Position numbers and translations under genes: made by a program
Notes under the pieces: generated by a model
What the model saw: the letters and a program-made list of their open reading frames with translations, nothing else
Database searches by the model: none
Told to the model about the DNA's origin: nothing
Shown here: one piece after another, positions 28,225 through 41,361 of the stretch
Numbering within the stretch: position 1 is the first letter of the stretch
Layout of the letters: every line of letters starts with the position of its first letter
Origin: Octopus vulgaris
Taxonomy: Eukaryota
Assembly (NCBI GenBank): GCA_951406725.2
Contig: OX597837.1
Location: 992,001-1,056,000 of the forward strand
Reading direction: 5' to 3'
DNA length: 64,000 nucleotides

Positions 28225-28656
28225 ATATGTATAATGTATATATATGTATATATAAACCCATATGCAAGCAAGTAGATATGTGTAAGCCTCTGTACATACA
28301 CCTGCATTGTTTGTGAGTATGTGTTGCTGTTTTTGTGGTGGCCAATTAGAGAAGTGGGGATATAATGAGCACTTAAGATGTTGATGCCATGAAAAAGGAG
28401 AGGTTCTAACATAGAGGAGAGTAAGTAGGAGAAACCGCTTGAAGGGGTCAGTTGTGGGAGATAGGAGTAGGGAGAGCGCTGCATAAATGGAAATACATGG
28501 AAGGATGATGTGTCGGTTAGCGATAGATCTCTCTCTCTCTCACTCTCGCTCTCACTTTCTCTCTATCTATGTATATATATATGAGAGAGAGAGAGGGACA
28601 AAGATAGGTGGGTAGATATATAGACACTTACTGCGATACACGCACACACAGAATAT

Positions 28657-28751
<95 letters not shown>

Positions 28752-28758
28752 TTCAAAC

Positions 28759-28793
<35 letters not shown>

Positions 28794-28959
28794 CACACAC
28801 ATTCAAACATATGTAAACACTTTTACCTACATATATAGAAATATACACTCACAGACACACACAGACATAAATGCAGAGATATATGAATACATATATATTA
28901 CTTGATATTTAGTGATATAGATAAATAAATAGATAGATATATAGATAGATGGCTAGATG

Positions 28960-29005
<46 letters not shown>

Positions 29006-29112
29006 CAGACAGATAGATAGATAGACAGATAGACAGACAGATAGATAGATAGATAGATAGACAGATAGATAGATAGATAGATAGGCAGACAGACAGACAG
29101 ACAGACAGACAT

Positions 29113-29168
<56 letters not shown>

Positions 29169-29910
29169 TCGAATGGCTAGAGATATTCTTTAGAAAGATA
29201 TAAAAAAAATGAGAGATGATTAAGTGAAATAAATAGGACTTGATAAAAGAGCAATGAAAAGCGAAGATAGAAGCAGAGAAAGAGGAGAGAGAGAGAGAGG
29301 CGAGGTGGAGAAGGGTGAGGGTGAAGAGAGAGAGACAGAAAAGGAGACAAAAGCCGGGATTCTGAGACACGACTAAAAAAAAAGACAAACTTAATATAAT
29401 GTTCTTTGTCGTCTTTTTAGCGTGGGTTTTTCTTTCTTTCTTTTTCTTTATCTGATTTTAGATTTTTCCGACTTCTTGATCAGAGAGATTTTTTTTTAGG
29501 AGGATGTAATTGTGCACGTTAGCGACATCAGATACAATGTTATTCTAAAAATTGATAGATGAATTGGGAAATACTTTTTACATATTTATTTATAAGAACA
29601 TACATACACATACATGCATACATACATATATACATACATATATATATACACACACATACGTTATCATTAAATAGATTTATATATGATTTTATAAATTATA
29701 CACATTTTTAGAAAATGTGTTTTTACGTTTTAAATATTTTTGTTTTTAGATATATCTATGTATATATATATTTAGATACATAATTAGATAAAAATATCTA
29801 TAAAGTTTAAATATATGAGTATATATATAATTATAGATTTGCTGCTGTGTATATAGATATGAGACTGCGCGCGCGAATATATATGTGCGTGCATGCATAT
29901 ATATATATAT

Positions 29911-30118
29911 TCAAAATGTGACCGTGTGTGTACCGTTGGCGATTTTTTTCCTCCGTCTTCCCTTCCTTGGATCTTTCCTTTTCCTATGTTTCTGACGAAG
30001 AGCTCCGCTTGAAACGTTAAACTCTCCTTCTTTCTTTCCTTTCCTGAGCGTCCAATAACACTATACTTGTTACACGTCCTCGAGTTGTGTTTTCTCTTTG
30101 TGTTTTCAATGTTTGGAT

Positions 30119-30123
<5 letters not shown>
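29911..30123 (+). mobile_element. Penelope-like terminal fragment between (TA)n tracts
   Basis: Contains the hammerhead at 29988-30022 and is homologous to 9171-9300 and 17066-17240. Confidence 0.65.
29988..30022 (+). ncRNA. Minimal type I hammerhead ribozyme motif
   Basis: gttt-CTGACGA-a-gagc(tcc)gctt-GAAA-cg-TT-aaac: canonical core, an extra A before helix II and palindromic helix III. Confidence 0.7.
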
Positions 30124-30163
<40 letters not shown>

Positions 30164-30167
<4 letters not shown>

Positions 30168-30341
30168 CTTTACTACCCACAAGGGACTAAACACAGAGTG
30201 GACAAACAAGGACAGACAAACGGATTAAGTCGATTACATCGACCCCAGTGAACTGGTACTTAATTTATCGACCCCGAAAAGATGAAAGGCAAAGTTGACC
30301 TCGGCGGAATTTGAACTCAGAACGTAACGGCAGACGAAATA
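30164..30341 (-). mobile_element. SINE family B
   Basis: The reverse strand reads ttctgagttcaaattccgccgaggtcaactttgcctttcatcttttcggggtcgataaattaagtaccag (B-box plus conserved body). The 3' tail is shared with 57175-57312. Confidence 0.85.
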
Positions 30342-30909
30342 TTTAAATGCACATTCGCTGTATTTTACTGAGGCAAATTCCATATGGAACTCAGAAAATG
30401 TTCAGAGTTAGATAAGTATTACATTTAATCGAATTTCACTCAAAAATAAATACATAATTGTACAAAAGTTATCGATTATTGCGTTCTTTGAAAATAATTG
30501 AATAAGTCTGCCACATATCAATAAACATGAGAGATGCTTTGCCCCATGTAGAACCTGCAAGTGCTTCTCAGGAGCTTTTGCAAACTTCTCTTCGAAATTC
30601 CTCGCAATGGTGGAAACCCTTCCATATCTGCAGTAGGTATCTCAGGGTCACAAGCGATTATCCCCTTAACCTGTACGCTTTGATGGCGCAGCGAAGACTG
30701 ACCTAGATTTCGCCTGCGAACGGTTCCACTTGCGATTTCTTATCAACAACCATCGAGCTTGCTTCAGCTGCCGTGCCCATCTTCTTGGTGGCTTGTCCCA
30801 GTTTCAGATCAATCTCGACGTTTTCTTTTGCTTTTCAGTGTCCTGGGGTGAAAGGAGGCGATGTAATCGTCTTGCCCATTCCACTAAAATTAGAAATATT
30901 ACTAATAAT

Positions 30910-31095
30910 GATAATCCTTTCTACTGAAGGTACGAGGCATATAATAATTGGGGAGGGGGGACTAATCAATTACATCGATCTTCAGTGACTCACTGGTCCT
31001 TAATTTATCGACCCCGAAAGAATGAAATGCAAAGTCGATCCCGGTGGAATTTGAGCTTGGAACGTAGTGGTACTAAGCATTTCGTCTAGCGTGAA
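30910..31095 (-). mobile_element. SINE family B
   Basis: taatttatcgaccccgaaagaatgaaatgcaaagtcgatcccggtggaatttga. Confidence 0.8.
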
Positions 31096-31153
31096 TAATA
31101 TAACCTACCATGAACGTTGCTTACGTTGATTGAGTTACCTATGTACTAGTATA

Positions 31154-31213
<60 letters not shown>

Positions 31214-31377
31214 AAATGGGACAAGAACGCAAAACATCCAGACAGTTAGGTGATACATAAAAGGGACAAGAAAAGTATGCAGATAGACGATACAAGGAAA
31301 CAAGGACGGGTCATTCGGAGTTTTCTTTCCTCAGTCGATTTCCAGATTATCTTTGCAATTTCGGTTGCTCCAATAAT

Positions 31378-31998
<621 letters not shown>

Positions 31999-32040
31999 AA
32001 ATAAATAAATAAATAAATATATACATATATATATGTATAT

Positions 32041-32858
32041 ATGTATATTATGGCATATCTTTCTCGCCTACGCTCCAAGGAATAGAGTTTTAATCTCTTG
32101 AGTCTTTCCCAGTATCTTATATGCTGCACAGAGGCTATCTTCTTCGCGTAGCTTCGTTGGATCGCCTCAAGTTCTGTGATTAACTTGACACTTGTTCTCT
32201 TTAGAACAAGAGAACAAGAAACCATGATGGTCCTCTGGAGGACACTTGTCCTAAGACACCTTGACTATTGCTCTCAGCTATGGTCATCATCCAGTGTCAA
32301 GTTGATCACAGAACTTGAGGCGATCGAACGAAGCTACACAAAGAAGATAGCCTCTGTGCAGCATATAAGATACTGGGAAAGACTCAAGAGATTAAAACTC
32401 TATTCCTTGGAGCGTAGGCGAGAAAGATATGCCATAATATACATCTGGAAGATCCTGGAAGGAATTGTCCCAAACTTTGGCATCAAGAGTTACACAAATG
32501 CCAGAACTGGGCGCCACTGCGTGGTGCCAAGGACTCCAAATTTGCCATCAAGATGTAGGACAAGATACTGTGATAGCCTGGGCTTCAGAGGCCCACAGCT
32601 CTTCAATATCCTCCCGAAGAACCTGAGGGACCTGCATGGGGATGTCTTTAAAGTAGGACTGGATCTCTACCTGTCAGGTGTCCAGGATGAACCAACTTCA
32701 CGGCAGGAGGTGCAGATGAGGGCAGCTGCATCAAACTCTCTTATGCACCAAATGGCAGTTGCTAAAAAGCATTCGTGAGGTAAAGTCATGTAGCAACACC
32801 AAATGGCGGTGCCCCAGCATGGCCACAACTCAAGAGCTGAAACTGGAAAACAAAACAA

Positions 32859-32862
<4 letters not shown>
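32041..32862 (+). mobile_element. 5'-truncated CR1-group LINE with an inverted duplication at its 5' end
   Basis: ORF2 C-terminus at ~32198-32778 and a 3' UTR ending gctgaaactggaaaacaaaacaaaac. 32041-32192 is the reverse complement of 32293-32444. Confidence 0.9.
32176..32778 (+). pseudogene. C-terminal part of LINE ORF2 (post-RT region)
   Basis: HLDYCSQLWS, YWERLKRLKLYSLERRRERY and GFRGPQLFNILPK are homologous to the product of 41362-42054. The N-terminus is missing. Confidence 0.88.
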
Positions 32863-32924
<62 letters not shown>

Positions 32925-32928
<4 letters not shown>

Positions 32929-33297
32929 GCAGGAGTGGTTGTGTGGTAAGAAGCTTGCTTTCCAACACATAGTTCCGGGTTCCCACTGCGTGGTGCCTTG
33001 GGCAAGTGTCTTCTGCTATAGCCTCGGGCCGACCAAAACCTTGTGAGTGGATTTGATAGACGGAAACGGAAAGAAATCCTTTATATATGTGTGTGTCTGG
33101 GTCCCCCCCCCCCCCACTATCACTTGACAACCAATGCTGGTGTTTACGTTCCCGTAACTTAGCGTTTTGGCAAAAGAGACGGATAGCATAAGTTCTAGGT
33201 TTACAAAGAATAAGCCCTGGGGTCGATTTGTTCGACTAAAAGCGGTGCTCCAGCATGGCCGAGTCAAATCACTGGAACAAGAAAATTAATAAAAGAA
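32925..33297 (+). mobile_element. SINE family A copy directly behind the LINE tail
   Basis: Runs from gcaggagtggttgtgtggtaag to gcggtgctccagcatggcc. Confidence 0.9.
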
Positions 33298-33502
33298 TAC
33301 ACACACACACACACAAACACACAAACACACACGCTTATAAAAGAGCTACTTATAGTTTCATGCTTTAAGATGCATTAAATTGACAGGCATTTCTATAACA
33401 TGTGTATGTTGAAGCAATCTTTCAGGTTTACTGGATGGAGTACCTCTGTTGTTGATCCTATAATGGAACTGATACATATATACACACACACGCACACACA
33501 CA

Positions 33503-33562
<60 letters not shown>

Positions 33563-33839
33563 CACACACACACATACATATCCTTTAGTGTCAATGTGCT
33601 TGATTCCATTTCAGTAAACAACCAGACACCACAATATCCATGCCAGGAGCACATCTCCCTGAACCCCACCCCGTCCCCACACACGTGCATATACACAACC
33701 CTATACCACCACTTACGACTCTATTGCATAACATCATAGCACATGGGGCTCCACCACCTCGTGACCTTCTTTAAACGGTCCGTTTTAATATCACAGTCAC
33801 ACACACGCACATGCGTACATGTAGCTATTCACAGACACT

Positions 33840-33915
<76 letters not shown>

Positions 33916-34589
33916 GCACACGTATATGCATACAAGCAGAGACAGGTATACCTTCCAGCCTTGCACACAGACACATACGCACAATGGTACAAGAAGATAT
34001 CCGTGTACGTATATGTGCCCGTCGCATCCACATATATATACACGCACAAATGTATATATGTGTACTTATGCAAGCATACAGAGAAACGCGCACACATCTA
34101 CACCTAATTCCACGGACCTATACGCACGTACAAACTCCTGCATACATACAGACACACTGATATATATATATATATATATACACACACATATAAACACAGA
34201 CACATGTGCATTAGACCTACATCCACACATATACATATTGATACTCATCATATCCATATACATACATAGACTTACATGTACGTCTGCATCTATATACAGA
34301 GAGAGAAAGAGAGAGAGCGAGAGAAAGAGAAGGGGAGATAATACTGTGGAAGTATTGTATTTACGTATCACTCCTCCACAGCATTCTCCATATTCTGTCC
34401 AGCAGACCGGAACATTGTTACCAGCCGCTCCGCACCGCAGCCCTTCAATGCCACCACCACCACCACCACCACCAACCACCCAGTCACCACAATCGCCATG
34501 AAAAGACCGCCAAGTAACCATCATTAAAGACGATAAAGCGTTGCTCACACACCATATGGCCATCTAATAATTGCCCGATGTTACGGCCT

Positions 34590-34653
<64 letters not shown>

Positions 34654-35499
34654 AATGATAAGAATAATAGTGATAATAATAATAGTAATAAGAATAATAA
34701 TATTGATGAGGAGAAGAAGAAGAATGATAACAACAATTAAAATTTCTGTTATTGGCATGAAGCAGCCTATAAAGTGAGGCCATTAATAAGTGTCTGTGTG
34801 TCGTTCCAATATTTAATATACGTACGGCCGAAATCAACAGCAACAACAATAGCATTAACAATAATAATTTGTTTGAAAGGCGATGGGAACGTACGAGGAC
34901 AGAATGCAAAAACAATATGAGTAGAATTGATTAGAAAAAACCCCAAACCTTAGAAAAATAGAATAAGCAAAAGTTATACAATTGAGGATCTCAATGCCAA
35001 TGAGAACCAATGAAGGATCAGATCTAGGTTTATTGTAACCACCGAAAAGTGCTCTCCCCCCCCTCTCTCTCTTTGATGTGTCGTCAGACCTTACAGTCAG
35101 CGGTTGTGGGCTCGCTGGTACATCTTGATCATTTTCACCCCTCTCGCCCAATTTTCTGGGACAAATTTAGTGGAGTGCAGGACCACGCTCTCGAACCGCT
35201 TACGCGATCAAGATCAAGATCACAACGCCTGCGTTATTAGAAGAAAACTGCGAAGAACCTGACAAGATCATTGAGACCGAGTTGAGAGCAGGGCTGCTTT
35301 AAAGCTTGGTCACACTTTAGTAGTGTTGCAGGTCTTCACGTGTCTAGGGAACCAGTCTTAATCTGTATATTCTGCAGTATAAAATAGTTTATGCATGTAG
35401 AGAGCGGTCCCATTGATCGATAGCCCTCCAAAAGTTGGAAATGACCTGGCTGGAAAGGAAAATTCCATTTTTTTGTTTTTGCTTACATTTTTTATTTGT

Positions 35500-35878
35500 T
35501 TCACAAAGTGGTCTGCGGCCATGTTGGGGCACCACTTTGAAAAGTTTAGTCGAACGAATTGACTCCAGTGTTTCTTTTCTTTTCTTTTTTTAAAGCCTGG
35601 TATTTATTGTATGGATTCTCTTTTGCCGAACCGCAAAATTACGGGGGACATAAACGAACATCAGATGTTAAGCGGTGATGGGGTAAAAACATAAATACGA
35701 ACACACACACCTACACACATCTATGACGGGATTCTTTCAGTTTCCGCCTACCAAATGCACTCAGAAGATCCGAGGCTACAGTAGAGAATACTTATTGAAG
35801 GTGCCACACAGTAAGACTGAAACCGGAACCATCTGGTTAAAAAGCAAACTTCTTACTACACAACTACGCTTGCGCCAT
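35500..35878 (-). mobile_element. SINE family A copy (diverged)
   Basis: ctgcggccatgttggggcaccac ... ttttgccgaaccgc ... ttactacacaactacgcttgcgcc. Confidence 0.8.
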
Positions 35879-36124
35879 CTGTATCGTTGTAACAGACTGA
35901 AACAGTATTCTCCAAATGGATGGCTATCTGATGGGATTTGTAAAGAAAAGCAGAAGACCCCTATTCTGTTAAAGCCAGAACATTGACTACCAAAGTATAT
36001 ACTATTTTCATGATGTTATTTTATTATTATGGCCAGGTTCCAACCAAACCGGGTCTCATGATAAAAAGTGAAGCAACCCGACAACATGCTGCCAACACCA
36101 CATACATTAGCAACATCAAAATTA

Positions 36125-36492
36125 CAACAAGAGCATTCAGAGAGAGCAAACCTCTGCCAAGGCAACACCATCGTCCTCTCAACGATTAGCCGGACACAAT
36201 TTTTAAAATGAGAAGATCTGAAATAAACTCGACTGCCCTCACAAACGAGAATACTAAAAATGAACCTGACCGCTCTCAAAAGTTAAGTAAAAAACAAGAA
36301 AAATAATCCAGAATCCTAGTCCAGTACCGGATCGATCCCAAAATCTAATCAATTCGTGCCAGTCACGAAGCCAAATATCCCTAAAAGTTTCATCCAAATC
36401 CATCTAGCAGTTCTTAAGATATCTTGTTCACGGACAAACAAACAAACACGACTGAAAATAATAACTCCGCCTTCGCTAAGGCGGAGGTATAA
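36125..36492 (-). mobile_element. Non-autonomous Helentron/HINE element
   Basis: The reverse strand begins acctccgccttagcgaaggcggag (sub-terminal IR and palindrome), contains (GTTT)n, and ends ccttggcagaggtttgctctctctgaatgc. Homologous to 22998-23352. Confidence 0.75.
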
Positions 36493-37916
36493 GATTACTA
36501 ACAAATATATATTCAAAATTGCTGTTAGGTGCATTATTAATCACACTGTCAGTATATGCACAGTTTATGCAAATTAGATACAATCAGTTGTAAGTTTCTA
36601 TTGCCTTCATCAACACAAGATGGTGGCGATTTTTCTGATGAATGTGTGACGACAAAAGATCAGGCTGATCAAAATTTTTCTGTCCACAGAAATAAATCTG
36701 TGCAATATGGAGACGTCAGGTTCGATCCCATTGCATGGCAACATGGCGGCAAGAGTCATTAACGGCGCCTTGCGAATGAAATTTGCGGAGACGGAAGCTT
36801 TAACATTGTGGAAACATAATCGAACAGAACACGCCAGTAAATCATACGATACCGCTGTGTCGCTGATTCTACCTGAAGACTAAATTACTAGTGTATAAAC
36901 ATGCCACTGGCAATACTTAGCTACTTACACATTATTTCAAGAAGCAGGTAACCCGGTTGATGGAACAAATAGTCATCGTGGAACGCGACGGATATCCATT
37001 TATTATATGTTTGTCTGCATGTATTGCCGCTAGATGTAGGTCCTGTTTATAAAACAGCTGCGGTTTCAGCTGTTTCTATACAATGACGAAGAATGGAGCA
37101 AACTGAGTGGGTTTGTAATAGATATACAATGTCTACACGTTGTACATAGTCCACTTTAGTGCACTGTGTGTTTGTATGTAAATATGCACGTATATGTGTG
37201 TGTGCATGTACGCATGTATATATATATGAATATGTGTATGTATGTATATGTGTATATATTTACACATGTACCTTTGCTCAAATATATATTGTATATTTAC
37301 TCCTATATGTATGTGAGTGTTAATGTGCGTGTGTGTGTATGTATATATGTGTGCGTGTATATAGGTGTATATATAAGCGTGTGTATACATATGTGTGTAT
37401 ATGTGTGTATATGTGTGTGTATATATATATGTGTATATATGTATATATGTATGCGTATCTGTCTATATGTATATAGGTATGTGTGCGCATCTAATTGTAT
37501 ATGTCTATCGCCATGTCTCTCTGATAATAAATAACCCCTGGCCAAGACCTTCTTCGAGAGAAGCGGTATACTAACATAATTACTGTATCAGAGACGTTAA
37601 AATTCCTTCCATTTTCACTACTATTCTACCCCGTCCACAAACGTAACTGAACTAGAATTATTCAAAGGACATGAACGCCACTACACTTACACACACGCAC
37701 ACACACACACAAGTACACACACACCAACTAACACTCACACACATATAAATATGCACACGTTTATCTATCAGATATATCAATCTGTGTGTGTTATACATAT
37801 ATATATATATATATATATATAATATAAACATTTGCATAACTATGAATACGTATGTATAAAGATGTATGTGGATATGTACCTATGTATGCATGTATGTATG
37901 TATTTATGTATGTATG

Positions 37917-37959
<43 letters not shown>

Positions 37960-38197
37960 ATATCTATATGTGTATGTACATATCTTTACGTTATACATAC
38001 ATAATATATATATATATATATATGTATAATTTATGAGCTATACTTGCCATCTCAATATGGCTAACCACTAAGGGTAGGTGTTACTGTAGCTTGTAGCCCC
38101 AGGAGAACATCCTCTTCAGCTGGCTTTAGGCACACTTTCTGTGCCCTTATGGTATTTGCAAAGGGAGGTCACCCTTCCTCGTCAACCTAAGTGATAC

Positions 38198-38240
38198 GCA
38201 CGGACTGCAGTTTCTAGGTTTTGACCTGTCCTCAGCGTAC
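38198..38240 (-). ncRNA. Type I hammerhead ribozyme motif
   Basis: The reverse strand reads gtacg-CTGAGGA-c-aggt(caaa)acct-a-GAAA-ctgcag-TC-cgtgc, with a GUC cleavage triplet and palindromic ACTGCAGT helix III. Confidence 0.8.
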
Positions 38241-38352
38241 GACAATATTATTGCTTGCAGACAGTTTTTCGAAATCAGTGACGATAAGTTACTGGGAAAA
38301 GCGATATAAGAATTTGCATTGGGTCTCCCTTCATCGAAAACCGGTGATTGTC

Positions 38353-38395
38353 GTACGCCGAGGACAGGTCAAAACCTAGAAACTGCAGTCCGTGC
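38353..38395 (+). ncRNA. Type I hammerhead ribozyme motif, U4C core variant
   Basis: gtacg-CCGAGGA-c-aggt(caaa)acct-a-GAAA-ctgcag-TC-cgtgc. Confidence 0.7.
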
Positions 38396-38948
38396 GTATC
38401 ATTTAGGTTGACGAGGAAGGGTGACCTCCCTTTGCAAATACCATAAGGGCACAGAAAGTGTGCCTAAAGCCAGCTGGAGACGATGATCTCTTAGGGCTAA
38501 AAGCTACAGTAACACCCACACTTAGTGGTTAGCTATATTGAGATGGCAAGTATACCTCACATTGTCGTGCAGTTAGTGGTTATATCTCGTTCAGAGATTT
38601 ATTATGTATAATTTGTTATATTGAAAATAGTACTCCTCTTCCCACGCGAAAAAGTGGTATGAACGAGTCACTATAAAGTTAGACAGTCAGTTGTTGTAGG
38701 AGGTCTGTAGTAGTAGTAGAGTCGCTGTACGAGTTCTCAGAATCAGTGTCAGTTATGTGGTATACACAAGTTCGAGTTACTGTCAAGGTAGACGTTTCAA
38801 AGTCATTGTCGTTCGGAGCTATCAACGATTGCACGATAGGCGACTCGAAGATACTAAGACGTGGAATACCGTCACAACACATTAGTGGCACCAAGAATAT
38901 TACAGTGCGCACAACAGCATACAGATGGACGACGATCCACATTACAAC

Positions 38949-39046
<98 letters not shown>

Positions 39047-39067
39047 GGAAAGAGAGAGTTAAAACGT

Positions 39068-39343
39068 ACTTGGAAATGGATGCGTGGTGTTTGATCATAT
39101 AATAATATAAATAATATACAAATATATGCATATATACATGCACATATGTACATATCGACATATATATGTATATATATATACATGCATATATGGGTGCAGG
39201 GCGTCAAAAAAACGTGAACGAAATGAGAAACGAGAACAAAAACATAGAAAACGAACTTTTTTAGAACAACGAAAGAAACAAACAGGAAACATAAATTCCC
39301 TTCATCAGTTGTCCCCTGTTTTATCTACTCCGCGTTTCCAAGG
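39068..39343. repeat. Repeat fragment related to the 16841-16998 element
   Basis: atataaataatatacaaatatatgcatatatacat...gggtgcagggcgtcaaaaaaacgtg resembles atataaataatatatatgcatatatacat...gggcacaggacgtcacgaaacgtg. Confidence 0.6.
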
Positions 39344-39773
39344 TGTATATATATAAAGTTGATAGAAAGTGAAGGAGGGTGTATATTTAAGTTGGAAACT
39401 ATAATCCATCCAAATTGGTAGAGTGCAGAGTGGAGAATATCGTAAAAGGTGATATTTCTGACGAAAAGATATAAACAGCAACGAAAAGGAAACTTATGTA
39501 TAGACAATGGATTGAAAGGCGAATATTGGAGTTAATCATAAGTATGTTCCACTACATACATACACACATACATACATACATACATAAACACACACACACA
39601 CGTGTGTATATATACGTATATGTGTGTGTGTGTGTGTGTGTGCATGAGTGCGCGAGTGTCGGTGTGTTAGTCTGACGTGGAGGCAGATAATTAGATCTGC
39701 TGTATTGGAGAAGAGAACATATGTAAGATTTTTAATAGAACAATGGGAATAATGGAGAACTCTCACTCTCCCT

Positions 39774-39839
<66 letters not shown>

Positions 39840-40228
39840 GCGTGTGTATGTAAATGTGTGTATGTATGTGTGCGTGTGTGTCAGTGAATTGACCTGGAAT
39901 TGATATAATTATGTGTGGGGGGTGGCACGTGGCTGAGGAGATGGAGATAAAGATGGATTATGAAACAGATAGATAGGTATAGATTCATAAAGAGACGATG
40001 AATCCCCCACACCCGCAAACAGAAAAATGATACACGAGCTCAAGCACGTATCACCGATTCGTAAATAGGGATAAAGTGAAGCAAAAGAGATAGAAAAACA
40101 ATTGTCAGAGAGTGAGTGCGAGTGTACGTGTGTGTGTAGGGGACGGTAAAGAATAGTTTTAATCAGAGATAGAAGAGACAATATGATATAAAGGAGGAAA
40201 AGAGAGAAATGTGAGGAGGAAGATAACA

Positions 40229-40406
<178 letters not shown>

Positions 40407-40698
40407 TAATATATATATATGTAATATATATATATATAATATATATAATATATATATGTATATATATGATATATATATATATACATATAATAATAAATAT
40501 TAGGGAATAAATCCAAACTTACAGGGAAAAATCAGATTTAGGATTGAATCCAATTTTATAGTAAAATATTATATTATATTAAATTAGAGACAAAACCACT
40601 ATTAGGCAAATCATACAATGAAAAACTTAAGCCAATACATAAGATTATTTAATTTATATTATTTAAATATATAACAAATTTGTCTCTAATTTAATATA

Positions 40699-40749
<51 letters not shown>

Positions 40750-40833
40750 ATATATATATATATATATAATATATATATGTAATATATATAATACACACAC
40801 ACACACCCACACTCACACATACACATATATATA

Positions 40834-41243
40834 CTCTCTCTTTTACTCTTTTACTTGTTTCAGTCATTTGACTGCGGCCATGCTGGAGCACCGCCTTTAG
40901 TCGAGCAAATCGACCCCGGGACTTATTCTTTGTAAGCCCAGTACTTATTCAATCGGTCTCTTTTGCCGAACCGCTAAGTGACGGGGACGTAAACACACCA
41001 GCATCGGTTGTCAAGCAATGCTATAGGGACAAACACAGACACACAAACACATACATACACATGCATACATATATATATATACATATATACGACGGGCTTC
41101 TTTCAGTTTCCGTCTACCAAATCCACTCACAAGGCATTGGTCGGCCCGAAGTTATAGCTGAAGACACTTACCCAAGGTGCCACGTAGTGGGACTGATCCC
41201 GGAACCATGTAGTTGGTAAGCAAATTACTTACCACACAGCCAC
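40834..41243 (-). mobile_element. SINE family A copy directly behind the LINE tail
   Basis: Reverse complement of the family A pattern including the complete 3' tail. Confidence 0.9.
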
Positions 41244-41361
41244 ATACATATATATAATATATATATATATATAATATATAAATATATATATAATATATAT
41301 ATATTTTTTTGTTTTAGCTCAGAGGTGCGGCCATGCTGATGCATCGCTATTTTGTGCTACA

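Larger units (their letters stand above)
38034..38950 (+). mobile_element. Penelope-like/retrozyme-like element with inverted 213 bp repeats (38034-38246 and 38347-38559), bounded by (TA)n
   Basis: The arms are near-perfect reverse complements with a 100 bp spacer and each carries a hammerhead. Unique sequence continues to the (TA)n at ~38950; whether it belongs to the element is inferred. Confidence 0.75.

Noticed and set aside
30500-30880. Possible Tc1-like transposase relic on the minus strand (ARQLKQ, TVRRR, TWGKASLMFID)
   Set aside because: The motifs are short and scattered, with no DDE motif or TIRs recognised; BLASTX is needed.
34066-35340. Non-repetitive island with ORFs and tandem CCAAT motifs (~34996-35012)
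   Set aside because: The ORFs are built around trinucleotide repeats, with no recognisable domain or splice structure, and the promoter evidence is too weak.
38072-38105. Twister-like GGCUACAAGC motif on the minus strand
   Set aside because: I could not build the P4/P2 pairings or the pseudoknots needed for a twister ribozyme.
38421-38490. Possible SECIS element (GUGA-N11-AAA), considered because some Naiad PLEs encode selenoproteins
   Set aside because: SECIS helix II pairs poorly, the AAA is not kept in the 60.7 kb homologue, and this segment pairs with sequence upstream of the hammerhead instead.
39290-39343. Permuted hammerhead-like order GAAAC...CUGAUGA on the minus strand (similar at 31320-31365)
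   Set aside because: Helices I and III cannot be formed convincingly.
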